64,000 bases of DNA from Balanoglossus misakiensis (Eukaryota; Animalia; Hemichordata): the NCBI GenBank assembly GCA_040954595.2, contig CM082588.2:4838156-4902155 (forward strand). Direction: 5' to 3'. The notes beneath the pieces are model-generated. The model was not told the DNA's origin. It made no database searches and saw only the letters and a list, made by a program, of their open reading frames with translations. Shown one piece after another: positions 13,650 to 28,572 of this stretch. A program made the position numbers and the translations under genes. Positions within the stretch are counted from its first letter, which is position 1, and the number at the start of each line of letters is the position of its first letter.

Positions 13650-15783
13650 ATGTAAGTAGAGAGACATTGGCACACCGCGGTTATATAGACTGAACAGCTA
13701 ATGGTTGAGGACTGGCCAATTTTCGAACCGTTTTTTTTTAATGGGACCGAGAAAACCATGCACTGACTCTACGGTAGAATACTGACGGGAATACCGTGCC
13801 CGGAAAGTACCGCCATTTCGGCGTTTGACGCACAGCGCTGACAGATGGCTGGAGAAATACCAGTATATTGGATCGTGTACGTGCCGAGCTTCATCCCGCT
13901 GTTGTCGGGGAGATGTCCACAAGAGGGCGCCAATCACGGGTTGGAAAAGAGGACTGGAGACGACGAGGCCAAAAATGAGAAGAAGCCGGTGACTTGAACG
14001 TTTCTGCTCTCTTAAACAATCTAATGTACATTTTGTAAAATCTGAGTTATGATTAATGGTGTATACTGTATCACACGATATATCGTTTTGGTGTTAATAT
14101 TAAGAATTTTTTTTCCGTTGCCAGTTGCCACGGCGATTGAACTCACAGTAATTAATTATGTCCACGGTAATTTAGTTACATATATTCACCGTCATGATAG
14201 ATTTTCACAAAGGAGGAAAATTTTATATCGGGGACCGCAGGATCTTAGATAAAATAGTTACCTACCAACGTGTAAAAGTATACTTGTCTCTACTACAGAG
14301 ATTTCTAACACGGGATTTAACTGCCTTCATAAAGGCCAAAATGGTTGTTTTTAGACCATATCTTTCAGCTCCCCGCTATAAAGTGGTTCAACATGATTGG
14401 AACTATTTTGGGATAATTGAATGTGGATGAATTGGTAGTTTGTATACTCATTATACAATGTAGTACACGTACTACGTACCCGCTGTTTTTTAAGTTGTCA
14501 TATTGTTTTTTTTTAAACAATAGTAGAATTTCTATTGCAACCAATACTACTCATTTTGTTCAGAATTTAATCGTATGCAATTATCCCAAAATAGTTCCAA
14601 TCGTGCTTTACCCAACTTAAAAACAAAAAATACCATTCATGTGCGCGACCCTACTGAGTGAGTGTCAAATGTATCGCTGTTGATCACGAATATTTCAGAA
14701 CTTAGAAAAAGTGTCACGAATAAATATTAACGATGCCTTGTATATAACGGGGGCACACTTCACATTCAAACTCTGTCCATACATTGTGTCCACTCAATTC
14801 ATGGCCCTGCATCAATACATTGTAACCTTTCTCGCAACTTTTGGTGTTGTTGTTAGTATGTAATTCTTTCTTCACCTGTTTGGTGTACTTTTTGAAAAAA
14901 ATTAAAAGAATATTAATTCGTATACTTTTTCGAACTATGGCTCATGATGTAAAAACTTGAAAACGAAAATAAATTGATGTTATGTAGGCTATTTTAAATA
15001 CGAAACTGCACCAAATAAAAATAAGTTTTAACAAACAGCACGCGTATATATTCTATATATATTCTTTTTATTCTATTCAATGACAGAAAAAGAACAGGAA
15101 ATGTATAACAGATGTACATGTACATTTTATACACAAAAATACAGAAGACATTTGGACGAAAAAGATACAGAGTTTGTGAAACAAAATGATTGCAAATGAA
15201 CAAATAGACATATGATTCTGGGTGATGGTATTAACATGTCTGTGGATAACATAGCCACAAGTCAAAAACAGATTTTCACTGGGATTGGTCCCCACAAACC
15301 AGATGAAATCGAACCAAACGTCATTAACGAGGGACAGTGCTGTTTGTACATGCATTTCTGGTACCCATCATCACTCAAAACAAAGCACTGACATGGATGG
15401 TCGCACAAATGTCCGTGACAGAGAAATGGTCTGTTGCCACCGAGAGAGCAAAACCGCTTATTCTTTTGTTTTCGCATTCGAGGGCGCCCCAATAAACGCC
15501 ATTTAGATTTTTTTTTAACTCGGCTGCGCTACATGCCTCACAATGTATCATTCCTTTCAGTAATGCGCAATGTCCATTTCTTAGTAGTTTAACAATCCTG
15601 ACGAATTTTAACATTGCTCTTAAATTAACAAGACTAGTATATGTACATCCTCATTTTGCATTTGTTTAGTCACAAAACAACAATGAAGTCATGACTGGAC
15701 TGCAAGCAGAAACAAATTCTTCAATATCTACATTTAATAAATACGCAATATACAAGCATGTGTGTGTCAGCTATAGACTTCCA

Positions 15784-16188
15784 TTACAGTAAAATATATG
15801 TTTGAAAATGTGAAATAGGTTATACATGTATTTCTTCCTACACACCAAATATTGTGATAGTAAGTGTACTGAGACCTGAACAGACTCGACTTAAGGTCCT
15901 GAAACATGATTGAAAACTGTACATGCTGATGAAAGATACATGTAACAAGATTGGGTCAGAGCCCTGTACAATCACTTATGTGAATACCTTGTACCCCCGG
16001 TATGTTACGGCTGACAGTACATTAGTAAGAGAATTTTCGCATTGGAAGGCCTATCGTGTATTTGGAACCTCTAGAGGTACATGTAAGATGGTAATATTAA
16101 TCTTTGTGTGTACCCTCTTTTCCAACTAGCATTTCATGTTACATAGTGACTTAAGCCTGATTTCACACTTTCAAACATTTCACTGTAA
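15784..16188. mobile_element. Possible old MITE with imperfect approximately 38-bp terminal inverted repeats
   Basis: Left end ttacagtaaaatatatgtttgaaaatgtgaaataggtta resembles the reverse complement of the right end, ttacagtgaaatgtttgaaagtgtgaaatcaggctta. Confidence 0.4.
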
Positions 16189-17505
16189 GGGCTGTGACAT
16201 CACCACTGTATGTATGGACTGGACTAAGACAGTGGACAATGTGATCCTCTGGGGATAGTCTGCAGAATGAAGTATAACGCCCCCAGTAGGCAAGAAACAA
16301 GTCCAGCCCAAACAATGAACCCTTTAGTTTACCTGAAATACATCAGCCATTGTCACATTACAAAGAAACACATAAACAAGCATAAGTATTTTACATTTGA
16401 GGAAAACAGACTATCGGACTCTTCTCATATTGAAATCCTGGATGAAATATACATATTTTACAAAACTGATACATTATACAAAGCATTTTACATCATATAG
16501 AACATATTGCATCATATGCAAAACAAGACAAACAAGCTAACATGTGTTGAACATTTTGTAAATAAGGATTGTTTTTTTTTAAATGTGCAGATATATGCAA
16601 ATACAGGCAACTATGCAAAATTATCAAATTGAAATGGTCAAGTATTTATGCCACAAATTTGAAAACCAAACCCAAATGAATGTGATATTTAGCGAAACAC
16701 CATAATGTTAGTATTTTCACTTAAATCAAACAAAAGCACTTTTTTTTTCAGGAGGATTTTTATCATAAAAATGTAAATGCTTTTTATTTCAATGTCTGTT
16801 TTTGTTGAGCCTGTGCAGACTTAAAAAAAAAATCTTTTTGGACGTCAGTTGGGCCAAATCAGAATAGAATGTGTGATCATCCGCTCAATGGAATAACATA
16901 AATTAATATCTGTTAAAATTTAAACAGCAACCAAAAAATAAACATCCTATCTCTGTTCCCAAGTGATAGCTTGTCCATTTTTGTGATGCCAACCCCCCCT
17001 CTCATCACCATATTTTGACTTAATTGTTTAGACTTATCAATTTCATTACTGAACAATTCTCAACAACCCTGCAGTAGATGTGATATCAGTAGCACACATG
17101 ACAAAAAAGTAAGAATAATAATCAAAAGGATAGCTATTCCCTCATCGGCTATATTGTGCTTGTCGTTTCAAAGAACAAGAATTAAATTTCAAATGTAAAC
17201 TTTACACTATCTAGAAAATACAATATGGATTGTATATTGCTGGGAGTGCCACCGGAAGTTAAATTTACAGTGCAATACATGTACACAATGGTGGTCACAT
17301 TAAAGCTGTTCATGTCCACTAAGATAAGGGCTCGCCACACTGTAAATCTTCATCAAGATAAGTAGTCATACCACTGTTTGTCATGGACAGGTTAAGTGGT
17401 CAATTTCTGTTGAATTCTGGTGAGTAAAGGCAGACTTTTTATCCACAATACACCAGTTGGAGCAGACTTGTTTGTCCTTTTCAGAAACTTTTGTGGTCTT
17501 GACTC

Positions 17506-20500
17506 CTAGAAATCCATCCATGAACTACCAGAGCTGCGGTTATTTTTCTGTGTTCGACCGCCCGGCCGATAACTTCCCGGGACTGAAAATTTAAAAAAAG
17601 AGAGTAAAATAAAACTGATTCCAGAGAGAGATGTTGAATCTGGGGTTTCAAGAACAGATATGATGCAGAGTACCATAAAACAGTGAGAACAAACTTTGTG
17701 TGAAATTTTACCATGAAAAAAATGATTACCCTACTCACCGCCACCTGTCTGCATCATTCGACTATTCGATTTATTTGGCACTGTCCTTGCAGTCTGCGGT
17801 GAACTTGTCATGTCATCTCTGTCGTCTGCTGTTTGCCTCGAACTGGTTCCACCCATGTCCATGTAGGAATAGTTACTTCTGCTGCTGTGGGACCAAGATG
17901 GCGTATTTCCTGTTGACCCTGACAGAACACAAAAATAGACATGGCAATCATATTATTTTCATATTTGATCACCCCTTTATTTGACTGAAATTTGTGTGGC
18001 CAGCATTTTGCTCTCTGTGTCAAATTTACTTCATACTGTGATCAAAGCATTTTAGACTCCCACCTAACTGACCCTACATACTCAAGTCGTGCTGTTCATC
18101 ACAGCACCAGTCTGTCCCCTGCACTTTCCTTACTCACCTGACAGCCCCGTCGATGTCCCCAACGAAGTGTTAGTCTCCTCTCCGCTGAATTTCACGTTGG
18201 AATGGCGCGAGTAGTAACTGTTCCCACCGAACGCGGCTGGCTTATCTAGGTTACCGGAAGACAAAGGTGCTCCGATGGTGACGTTCTTCTTGATGCTCCA
18301 CACATCTTCCATGTCGAACTCTGCCGCACGACAAGTGAAGAAAACAGACACATATCATTAGCATAATGTATATAGTAGTTTAGAGTACAACCACTGCTTA
18401 CTGTGGATGGTCAAGCAGACAGATAATGTACAGTCAAGGGACTTTCCTGAACTGGCATTTATAGTCAGGTGGCCTTTATACACAGGTCAATTAACATTCA
18501 TGTAAATTACACAGGGAATTATATACATGTAGAGGTGATCGCCAACACAGGTTTGAGGTTTCCAGTACTGTACATTACTGTACTGTACACTGTACAGGGT
18601 GTGTGTGTCTACTACTACAGTCATAGAATTCCAGGTTTTCCAGATTGTAACCATACCTGAATTGGATTTCTTCTTGGGTGCAAATGTCTCCCAGTATTCA
18701 TTGGGGTTCTGGTCTTTGCGCTTCGGTCTCGAGTACAGAAACTTTTTCCCTGTACCTGTGAGGAAACAAAGAGAAAAAATACACTAGTTATAGTATTGTA
18801 CACGTGCAGCTTTCTGTGTCAATGGGAGAAGCTGGATTTGTAAAAGTGGATGTGTTACACAGGCGGAAAAAACCTTAATCATATATGCACATGAAGGGGA
18901 AGCAAATTACAAGCTGGCAAAATTCTAGTCACCCACAGCCTATAGAGAACTGTCACACTAGCAGAGGAAGGAAAAGTATAATTTCCGGTGAGAGAAATCA
19001 TGCCACAGAAATGAAAGTGAAAAAATATTGCCATACCCATCTTTCTAACATTTTTCTGAATTTCATCATAGCCATCAAGCATGATGACGCATGTGATGTG
19101 CAAGTCAGCAAGTTGATGAGGATAGAAATTAACACCCTGAGTCCACAACGAGGGTTTTTATCTTTTATCGAGCAGTCTACTAGAACTGCCAGCGCGTGGC
19201 TGATTACTTCACGTTTATGAAAGACTTCTGATCTAATATTACAGCCGTATACACTCGTCGGCTATTAATAGAAATGTTGTTTCATATCATTACCAATCTC
19301 AGCAGGCGGTGTGGTGCAAGGGTCGCGAGACAAACATGTACGCTTTTAGTGCCACTGTGGATTTACATTGTGGCAGGTCTATCATTCTCCAGGCAGAGTA
19401 AGAGCTCTAGATGATCTATTCAATGTACCTGTGCTAAATATCTTTCATTACAAAAACATATATGAGGCATCACTTTCTGAATGAAGCCATTATTCTATCC
19501 ACCATTGTGTGTATTCTGAATCACTATCAGTTCTACACAGATTCACACAAAATCACTATTGCATTTCCATCTAAACGAGATCAATTCTTGTACATGAACA
19601 GATCAATACTTCATTTGCTAAATGTACAAGCAACGTGTACTAACATAGGTTGATGTTTTGAACAAGTAGTCGGCAGCGACTGTGAACAAGGCAAGAATAA
19701 GTCTGCTGCCACTGGACAGAATTTGTGTTGTTTGTGTGATTTTATTAGGTTTGAATCTGGCAGTGGAACCTGGGGAAAACGCTCATTAAGGAAAAAATAA
19801 CTGAGAGATTTGCGAGCTGATTAATTTACACAACAACCAGGGGCACAGCAACCTCCAAATAAAGAATGCCGACACAATAAGTTGTTTGTCATAACAATGG
19901 CAACGTGTGTCAATAAGGTCTCTTTGTAGGATCAATGGTTAATACATTGTAGAGTTCCCCCTAGTGGTCGCCGTAACAACAGAAGATTTGCTGCCTTGGT
20001 GAAGTTGCGCTTTGTTTTGAAGACTGTAAGCCAAGCTTGGCATTCCGAAATTTTCACAAACAATGCTAATGCTGTATTTTCTCGATATCATTTCAAACCT
20101 GACAACGTTTATCCTTTGTATGTGTCAGGGGGCGGGGATAATTGCGTACAGGGCCTTAACAAAACATTCTCTGAGAATAATGCCATTGTTTTGTGGGGCA
20201 AGGAGACACAGAGCTGTGTGCGATGGATTACAAATTGTGTAATGTTGCACCAATATACTGTTGAGTGCCTTTTTGTGTGAGAATTGTACACTATTCCAGA
20301 AAGGTTTTTTATGGTGTGATTCCATAGTAAGTTTCACTCTGGTTTCACTGTCTTGTCAGATCCAAGTTTACATCAAGAGACAGAAAATCTTCCAATGTGG
20401 ACTGGATCTGATATGCCTCTACTACAATAATATTGATTGCACGGTATTCTGACTTAACCTCGCTTGTTACATCATTTATTACCTCATGGTCAATCACGGA

Positions 20501-23500
20501 AGGCCATTCCGCACAGACCACAGGGTCATAGTAGTAAATAAAAAAGAGCTGGTTTTCAATTTCAGTAAATTTCTTTTAACGTATGCTTGCACACGCAAAT
20601 AATTTATCAAAGGTGTATTTTTGTTGCAATTAGTTTCAACTTATAAACGCATTTATTTTTCAAAATGTCAAAATTGTTCATTTTGATATTACATATTACA
20701 AGCTAAAGAAAGCTTTGAACTTACTAAGACAGGAGAGTGCAGGCTGACAACAATCCCTATCTTTTTACAACGACACAAATTCCAGCATACAACGTACTAT
20801 AACTATGACAATGGCAGATATAAAACGTTTGAGTTCAACCGACTGAGAGTCTAAAATGTCTGTTCTTGACAGTACTGGAATTTATGAAGTCTCTGTTTGC
20901 ACATAACTGAAGTGGACACTGGAATCCGGTCACAATTCTTAATCCTTCCAAGTTCTGTGTTGACTTTTACCAGATGCAGAGTTGTGTTTGTAAAATTTTA
21001 GTTTGAGAGATATCACACCAGTATCCTTTTCAACATGTTAAAGGTGCATACAGTAGATATATCACTATACGTCAATTTTGACATTTTCCTCTCATGTGTG
21101 CAGTTAGATGTGTTGTTCTACTAACTGAAACATGTTGAATTGTTAGTCATTAGATGACCACATATGTTGTATGTACACTCACATAACGTTAGAATGCATC
21201 AATAGTATAATTTCAGGTCAGTACCAGAAATTATGTCATTGAAGTGTAGGGTAAAAGCTTTATTGTGCGCTATGCAATTTAAGATCGTTACCATGGAAAG
21301 CTGCGATCTCCCAATCAAATATTTTCACTTTGGGTGGCTTTGTATAGCATAGTTGGGCGGAAATAAATTAGCTCTGGCTGGCAAGAACGATTTTCACCAG
21401 TGTTTGCAAACAAAGACGTATGTTTGAAATCCCATCGTCATGTTCTTGTTAGGGAGTATCGGTTTTAAAGAGAAATCCAAATGTTTACCGTGCGAAGTCC
21501 GTAACACTGGGTGCAAAAAAACACTTTCAGTGTTCGACTTTCTTACGTAATTATGTCCCAAATGCCACAGGAAGGCTCCAAAATTCCCTAGCAATGGTGT
21601 GTATGTACAATAGCAACTGGCAAACATTGCTTTACATGTACAAATTGATTTCCCTGTTAGCAGTGTTACCAATCAACTGTAGCCATTCTATAGATCTATT
21701 CTTGCTTCACCCTCGAAAGAAAAATGCCTCCAATGCCTTTGCTGGCTTGAACAGAACAGAAATGCTGGGAGAGCGAAAAAAAAAAAACACAAGAATTTTT
21801 TTTTGAGTTTATACTTGTATAAAGGAGTGATCTCACTCAACATTGTTGTTGAGCCAGACCACTGCCCCCAACACATGCCCCTATACTCCCTTCTGTTTTG
21901 ACAACAAAAGGAGTGTTTATTCTAACGTACTTGATTTCCTGCGACTAATGCTGCATCATTATGTTGAAAACCTTTGAGTGTCTCACCTTTCTGCTCAAGT
22001 AGAGAGAAATGGTCTCTTAGAGAATGTGTTTTGGGGTGTCGTCGAATTCACATCTCTTTTTAAGACAGAGAGCCTGCCAACATAGTAAATACTACAGGAG
22101 ATAAATTATTCATGTCAATATGTTCAATAGATAAAGGATAACAATCTGTACGTGCCTTCAGGGAGATCTTAACTCACAGCAGATCCTACAATGAAGAACC
22201 ACTCCTATCAAATAATAAACATATTTTAATGTACAACACCACCAGCCTTTTCAAACTAGCATGTGTTCCACAAATAAATTCACAGATCAATGATTTCTAT
22301 CAGAATTCTCTATTTGCATTGTGAATCTCTGGCTTAAAAAGCATGTACCCTCAAATGCAGAATGACATAGCTATAACACTGAATATTGACTCATTTCTAA
22401 ATTTTAATTTCATTAGATATGTATCAGAAATACTGCATGATTTACAATGTACCATATTGGCTTAAAGCATATTGTGGGCTTGATCTCTAAACTTGATTAT
22501 GTGAAAAACCTAGCTCTGTGTGTTGACTATGATTAACAGCAATGAACTCACAATGTTCTGGGGGGCGTAACCCCGGGGCAGATAACTGCAGCCAAGACAA
22601 TTGAACGCAGAGACATGATGAGGTGACCTCTTTTACAACAATTTTATGGCAATTTATCTTCAATAGCAAATTGTGTAGCTAGGCACAAGTCTATTGTCCA
22701 ATATACGGCCGGGATTGAATAGATTACAAGGTTTGTTATTCAAAATGAAGGTCTCTGGCGATTGAGCAGGTGAGAAGGGAGTAATGAAGCAAAGACGAAG
22801 AGATTGCTTTCTGTAGATTGGATTATATTATGATGATAATGACACGATCAGAGTTCACAATCATTATCAGAGGCTATTCAACCAGAAATTGTTTACTGGT
22901 TCAACCACCTTATCAAACTCCTAACATTGATATCTCACTCCACTAGATGTTGTGAACTGAATATGCTGAATATAGGATTGTTATTAACACCTGTGATAAT
23001 CATTTTCTAATATTGTTTTAATTCTGATCATCAAATTCAAATGTACAAAAAAAAAATCCAGGACAGCCTACGCAGTTGGACATTACTGCAATGATTATCG
23101 AACTTGCAAATTCCAAATAAAATATCTGATTGATTTTCCAGGGTTTAAAATTCCTTGGTTTGGTTTTTTGTGTACTTGACTTCTAAGCATGAAAAAAGGT
23201 ATTGTATTCGAAATGCTTTTAAGCATTATGCATAGCACAAAATCAATAACTTCAAATGAAGGATTTTTTGCTAATGGAATTAGTCTAGACTCTAGCATAG
23301 ACCACATAGACTGTTCAGAATAACGCGCCTGTGTCTAGCCATAGCTATCTTGGCTGTTTGCAGTTATATTTAAATCGCTTATCAAATGATACATTGCAAT
23401 TAACACGTACGTGTTACATAATAATTTGCATGTGTTAATTTCACTACTGAATATAACTGTTCGATATACGTCGCGGCCATACGATCGCGCAGTCCTGGCG

Positions 23501-23947
23501 AGTAAAACACAACACAGTCTTCACCAAGACGTGAAACCTGGCCAGCTAGGCTAGCTGCTGCCGCCGTCGACAACAGTAACGCGGATATGCATAGTTGTTT
23601 TGATGCCAACAATAGTTCCGTCAACGTCCGTGTCCTCGACGATCATCTCTCACCGCAATCTACATGAAGTGCCGGTAATCCGTTGCACAGTGTATCACTG
23701 TCGATCACTGGCAGTTTATGATATTTTAAACCCAAATAGTTAATACTGATGAACTAATAATCTATACGAGTGTATAAATCGTACACGATCGCGGCACTTT
23801 ATTGGGAAGAACCGAAGAATCCGATAGAGCTGACACCGGTCTTTGGTGTTCGCGACTGGCTGTGTGTTCCCGGCGAAAATATATGGGAACCGTGTGTGAT
23901 CAGATCAAATTATACTCACCATGATTGTCCTCTCCTTGTTCCTTCAT
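17506..23947 (-). CDS. Unidentified 5-exon gene, about 188 aa, Ser/Gly/Thr-rich and probably disordered (MKEQGEDNHGTGKKFLYSRPKRK...SSGSSWMDF)
   Basis: Manually spliced exons 23947-23920, 18755-18657, 18320-18138, 17918-17739 and 17582-17506. All have canonical cag acceptors and gt(g/a) donors, all introns are phase 1, and they join into one open frame ending in TAG. Assignment of exon 1 is the least certain part. Confidence 0.72.
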
Positions 23948-24073
23948 TATTATGTGTATTCTAACGAGATCGCGTCGTAATTTTCATGGCGCCCGAGTCG
24001 CTAAATTATAGTAACGAGCTACCTGGCCAACTTTCATCAGAGTGGATCTGTCAAGGTGTACGGGAATATAAAC

Positions 24074-24098
24074 TACCCACAATGCACTTGGTAGCAAC
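24074..24098. promoter_or_regulatory. ZNF143/Staf-binding site followed by an RFX-like half site, between two divergent genes
   Basis: TACCCACAATGCACTTG (24074-24090) matches the Staf/ZNF143 consensus. It is followed by GTAGCAAC and lies about 130 bp upstream of the minus-strand gene ATG. Confidence 0.55.
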
Positions 24099-25140
24099 GT
24101 CACATCCGTTACAGAAGTTCGTGCCAGGCTTAGTTTTTAGACATAAAAAAGTGCAAATATAACGAACATAACATTGACATAGAAATAATTGTCCATCCTG
24201 GGGTTTGGGGGAGATGTCATGGAACACTAAAGGAACTTGGTTATAGAATTAACACTTTTATGTAACCTGCAGACATGGTATTTCAAGGGTATCCCAATGC
24301 TGCATCCCATGCTGCAGAAGATGGAACATTTGAATAAAACAACCACTGATTTTGTTGTCAGTAGATGCACTGATAATAGTTTAATGCATTGGTATTGAAT
24401 GAGAATAGTTTACAGGGGCCACATAAAGATGATAACGATGTGATATGTAATGATATGTGTATTATAAGGTAGTTAGGGCCTGTTGTCAAGCAGGTTGTCA
24501 AGAGAAGCCACGAAACTGGTTTAACCTCGTTCAAGATACATTTACTACATACACAAAATATAGGTGACATTTGCTCGTTATATTGAATGAAAGTACATTA
24601 AATTATGTAGGCAGTATTTTAAGACGATATGATTTTTGAAAACTTACACATATTGTATGAAGGTTTTTGATATCAAAGCAATAACATAAGTTTTAGAACA
24701 ATTATGGAACAAGGTTGGATTTCACAGAGAGCGGACATTTTGAAATCACTAAACTGGGTCTTCGCCGGCAAAACAGTTGTTGATCGGGTGTTTGATGCCA
24801 ATTGAGGATAGTTCAGACAAGCGACTACAGATACGCCAGTCGTCAGTACTCTGTTGAAACAGATCTGGTGATTTTTAACGGTGAGATAGGTCCACACTGC
24901 ACTGCACATGTTTTTCCCCCACCGATATGCACAAGTGTTGTTGATTTCCACTATCACGATCGACGCTCTTCATGCTCTTTAGATTTCAGTGGGGGTGGGG
25001 TCGATGATCGGGGGGTTCGAGTGAGTCTTAGTAGCTCTCAGTCGAGGAGGTACCATATAACTCCATGCATGTAACTAAGGGTCCTACACTACTCTCCAGA
25101 TGGTCACACACAGCTCAGCTGCTGCCTGTATCATAACGCA

Positions 25141-25166
25141 AACGGTGTTCATTTCAAACGGTAACC
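25141..25166 (+). promoter_or_regulatory. CHR-like element (TTTGAA on the - strand) upstream of SKA3
   Basis: catttcaaacgg, with TTCAAA at 25153-25158. CHR elements are typical of DREAM/MMB-regulated G2/M genes such as SKA3. The motif is short, so evidence is weak on its own. Confidence 0.35.
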
Positions 25167-25370
25167 ACATAAACAACGTCAACAACAACAACAAAACTTG
25201 AGTGTCATTGGAGAAACTATAAGAGTTTATAGCAGTTTTATCACATTTAGTATCCATTTATCAGTGTTTAGACAACAATTTGCTCCATCATCCATGTGGT
25301 TGTACCACAAACATAACACCAGTTAGTTTTATATTTTTTGGTATCTTTCACAGCTTGGCAAGCAGAAATC

Positions 25371-28300
25371 ATGAGCAAGAAACACGAGAACTTTTTCTCA
25401 CAACTGAGGAGTGTCGCTGTGAAAGCAGAAAGACAAAGCAGTGAGCTGAAAGAACTCCTGGCTAAGCCCCCATCACAGAGAAGCACCTCTTCTGTGTCGA
25501 GTGAGCTGATGTTACGAGACATGCTGAAGGATGTGAAGAATCTGACGGTGAGAAAAGTAACAGTGATTTGGGCATCTGTTCTTGTAGTTTCTGGCAGTGT
25601 AAACCCAAACTCAATCCAGCTTTACACACTCAACATCTAGCAGGGAAAGATGATATACAAATTCTTTTCTGATGATTTCTTTTTCCAGAGCGAAGCCAAA
25701 GCACAGGCCAAGGATATGCAAACCAGACAGAATTCTTTTAATGATGTGGTGAAGGCAAGCCAAACCCTGTACGAGTTTCATCTGAGTCAGTATCAGGAAT
25801 TGAAGGCATTCCTGTGCAAGTATGGATATCAACCACCGAAAAAGAAAGGTGAGATTTTATGGGGATTGTCCCCTTTTGCTTGAATATTTGGGTGATACCA
25901 CTCTTTCAAGGGGTGGCTGTGGGCAGTATAAACTTATCCAGTGGGCTGGCGAGTATGCACCTGCAGCCAGGGGAAAGGTAGACGTGTTTGTGATATGTTG
26001 TCTAATCTTTGCTTTCCAAAACAGCTGAAAAGAACGTGAATCCACAAACGGAGAAATCACACGTTACAGAAACTGAAGAAATGAAAGAAAATCTCGACCT
26101 TGCTCAAGAAGAGAGTGCTGAGTTGGTTGAAGAGTCCTTGGTGTATCCTTTCACAACTTCTACTTTTCTCAATAGCTACATGTACTTGTCACATATCTCT
26201 TGACCTTTTCAGATCTGACAGTTCGAATATTTGACCTTAACAAAAACACAGATGCACCTCACCTCCCAAAGATCAGAACAAACTAATTACCAATCAGAAC
26301 TCCACTCCAAAGCTGGAGGATTTCGGCCTGAGTCGCAACACCTTGGAGATGCTGGCAAGGCAGAAGCACTACGGCGGCCCTGCCACAGCTGCTGCAGACA
26401 CCAGAACAGTTGATGATGTCACTTACTGCGTCACTTCCGGGTTACAAACCAGGACAGAAAGGTATCTAGGTTTGTCTGACGTAGTTTGTACAGCAGACAC
26501 AAAAGATATTCACAAAAGCTGTCATCTTCCTTTTGCTTCAGCTTGGTATATTTGATCATTTGAATGTACACAGTTTGACCATCGTGGAATTTATTTCCCA
26601 TTTTGCCAGTGACAGGCCAAGTAGAAGTGAATACTATGACGCGCCGCCGGAGGAGTTCCGGAATGAGGGTATCTTAACCACACCAGGACTGTGGTCGGGA
26701 AGAGCTGTTCCGGGCTATATCACACCGAAACAAGGTACATGTATGTGAAAACATGTTGGTACAGTTCAGATCAGCTGTGATGAGTGCATGAGTGATGAAG
26801 TACTCCATCCTGTCGGGTGATGATTGTTAAAAGAAAAGAAAGTGATAAAGAAACGTCCACGAATGTTCTCAGAATTATAGTTGTTATGAAGTGTGGGCAA
26901 TATCCTCAGTACAGCAGACTGTGATATGTCCTAATTCTTCCTCTGATTTCAAATTTCAGGTCCATTTGGAAGAATGGCAGCAGATGCCTTAGATTCTCCG
27001 GTGCCACCTGTATTTGCAACACCAGGTGTGAAGCAAATTAAAAAGGCGGCGGCCAATCAGAAACCTCAAATGTCAAAATTAGCCCAAGGTACATAAAAAA
27101 AGACGTTTGCTTTGATGTTAATACTTTAAAAAACTTTCTTATTGTTAAAAGCAAAGAGGGAACCACAGTAGCATTCACAGCTTAGAATCCGTATCACTGA
27201 AAACTATTAGTATCCAAGAATGCAGTCATTTAGTTGTCTGAACACTTTTATCTACAGACTCACACGTGGATACAGTATCACCAGCCACACCCATACTGCA
27301 GAGTCACCCCAGGGGTCACAGTCAGGTCACATTGTCGCCAGCCCCACTGAAACCTCAGAGTCATTCAGATGCACAGGGTCAAATCGGCGCCATCACTGGC
27401 ATGCGTACCCCGTCACCGATGCAGTTCATCAGCCAGTCGGTCAATCCCGAAGATATGCCGGAACCCGAGCCGCCGGAAATCACCACATGGATTCAGGTGA
27501 GATTAAAATGTGGATAGTTGCAAAGAATGAAATACTAATAAATTTATGTTCGCTCACTTTCAGTGAAATATTTCCCTAGTCATTACCAGTACTGTTATTA
27601 AATATCTTCAGTGCACATGTTTTTGTATTCCTGAATGTACGTCAAATTATCAGCATTTATACATGTAATTGTACAAACATGTAATTGTTCTTAGTTTCAG
27701 CCTCTGCCGACTCAGCCAGTTCTCCATGCCAACAACATGTATGCAACAGAGATGCGGGAAGCCCCATCACTTAATCTGAAATACCCACAAGCATCAAGCG
27801 CTCAGTCTGACACCAGTGCCCATGAAAGCCAAAAACAAGACATGCTGACTGCTAGTTACCAACCCACCAAACCAGCCAATACTAGCCACCCACAGCAATC
27901 TATAACTACCGATCATTACCAGTCACACCAGGCCAGATCAACGCCTGCGTTTGTACACCCAGCAAACCAACCAGCTAACCACCAACTGGCCAATTCACTT
28001 GTAAAGTAAGCATGCACTGACACTACATGTATAGCCAGTTCTGTGATGTATCCATTGCAGCTATCACCCATTACACATCTATTACTATAAAATTTATATG
28101 AATTTACTATGTTCCCCATGTACAGGTGTATACAGCCAGTGATGCCAGAAGAAATGAGCCAACTGAACGACTATCTGCAGCTATTGTTGCCACTGGATCA
28201 GTTGAATGAAATTATTAACAAGATCAACTCATTGATAGCGCAGAATGGATCAGGTAGGTTTTAAAAAATCATATCTAGTTTATTGGATCATTTCAATACG

Positions 28301-28572
28301 TGGCCAAATAAGCCTGCTGCATTGTCTGTGCATGGCCGTTGTACAACACGCCTGGGAAAAATGCATGCTATGCTTTAACCTTTTCACTGACCCGTCTATT
28401 ACATTGTATCTACCATTCACCAACAGGTGGGCAGTTTATCAGGAAATCGGAGCTTCCACTCTTGGATCTGGGGCCGCACACAAACTCTGTGATGCTGCTG
28501 CTGGTGAAAATGGGCCGACTACAGATGGAAAAGAAGGATCCCGCGGGACAATTGGTTCACTATATTTTGTAG
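25371..28572 (+). CDS. SKA3: Spindle and kinetochore-associated protein 3 (SKA3)-like, about 10 coding exons
   Basis: N-terminal coiled coil FFSQLRSVAVKAE..ELKELL and FLCKYGYQP (exons 25371-25547, 25689-25848). TPKLEDFGLS motif at about 26304-26333, many TP/SP CDK sites in the middle exons, and last exon 28427-28572 (..LLLVKMGRL..). Some internal exon borders are approximate. Confidence 0.8.

Noticed and set aside
21987-22073. 87-nt cag...gtgaga cassette in intron 1 of the orphan gene (possible poison exon)
   Set aside because: Stops in all three frames and a weak polypyrimidine tract; cannot be distinguished from chance without RNA data.
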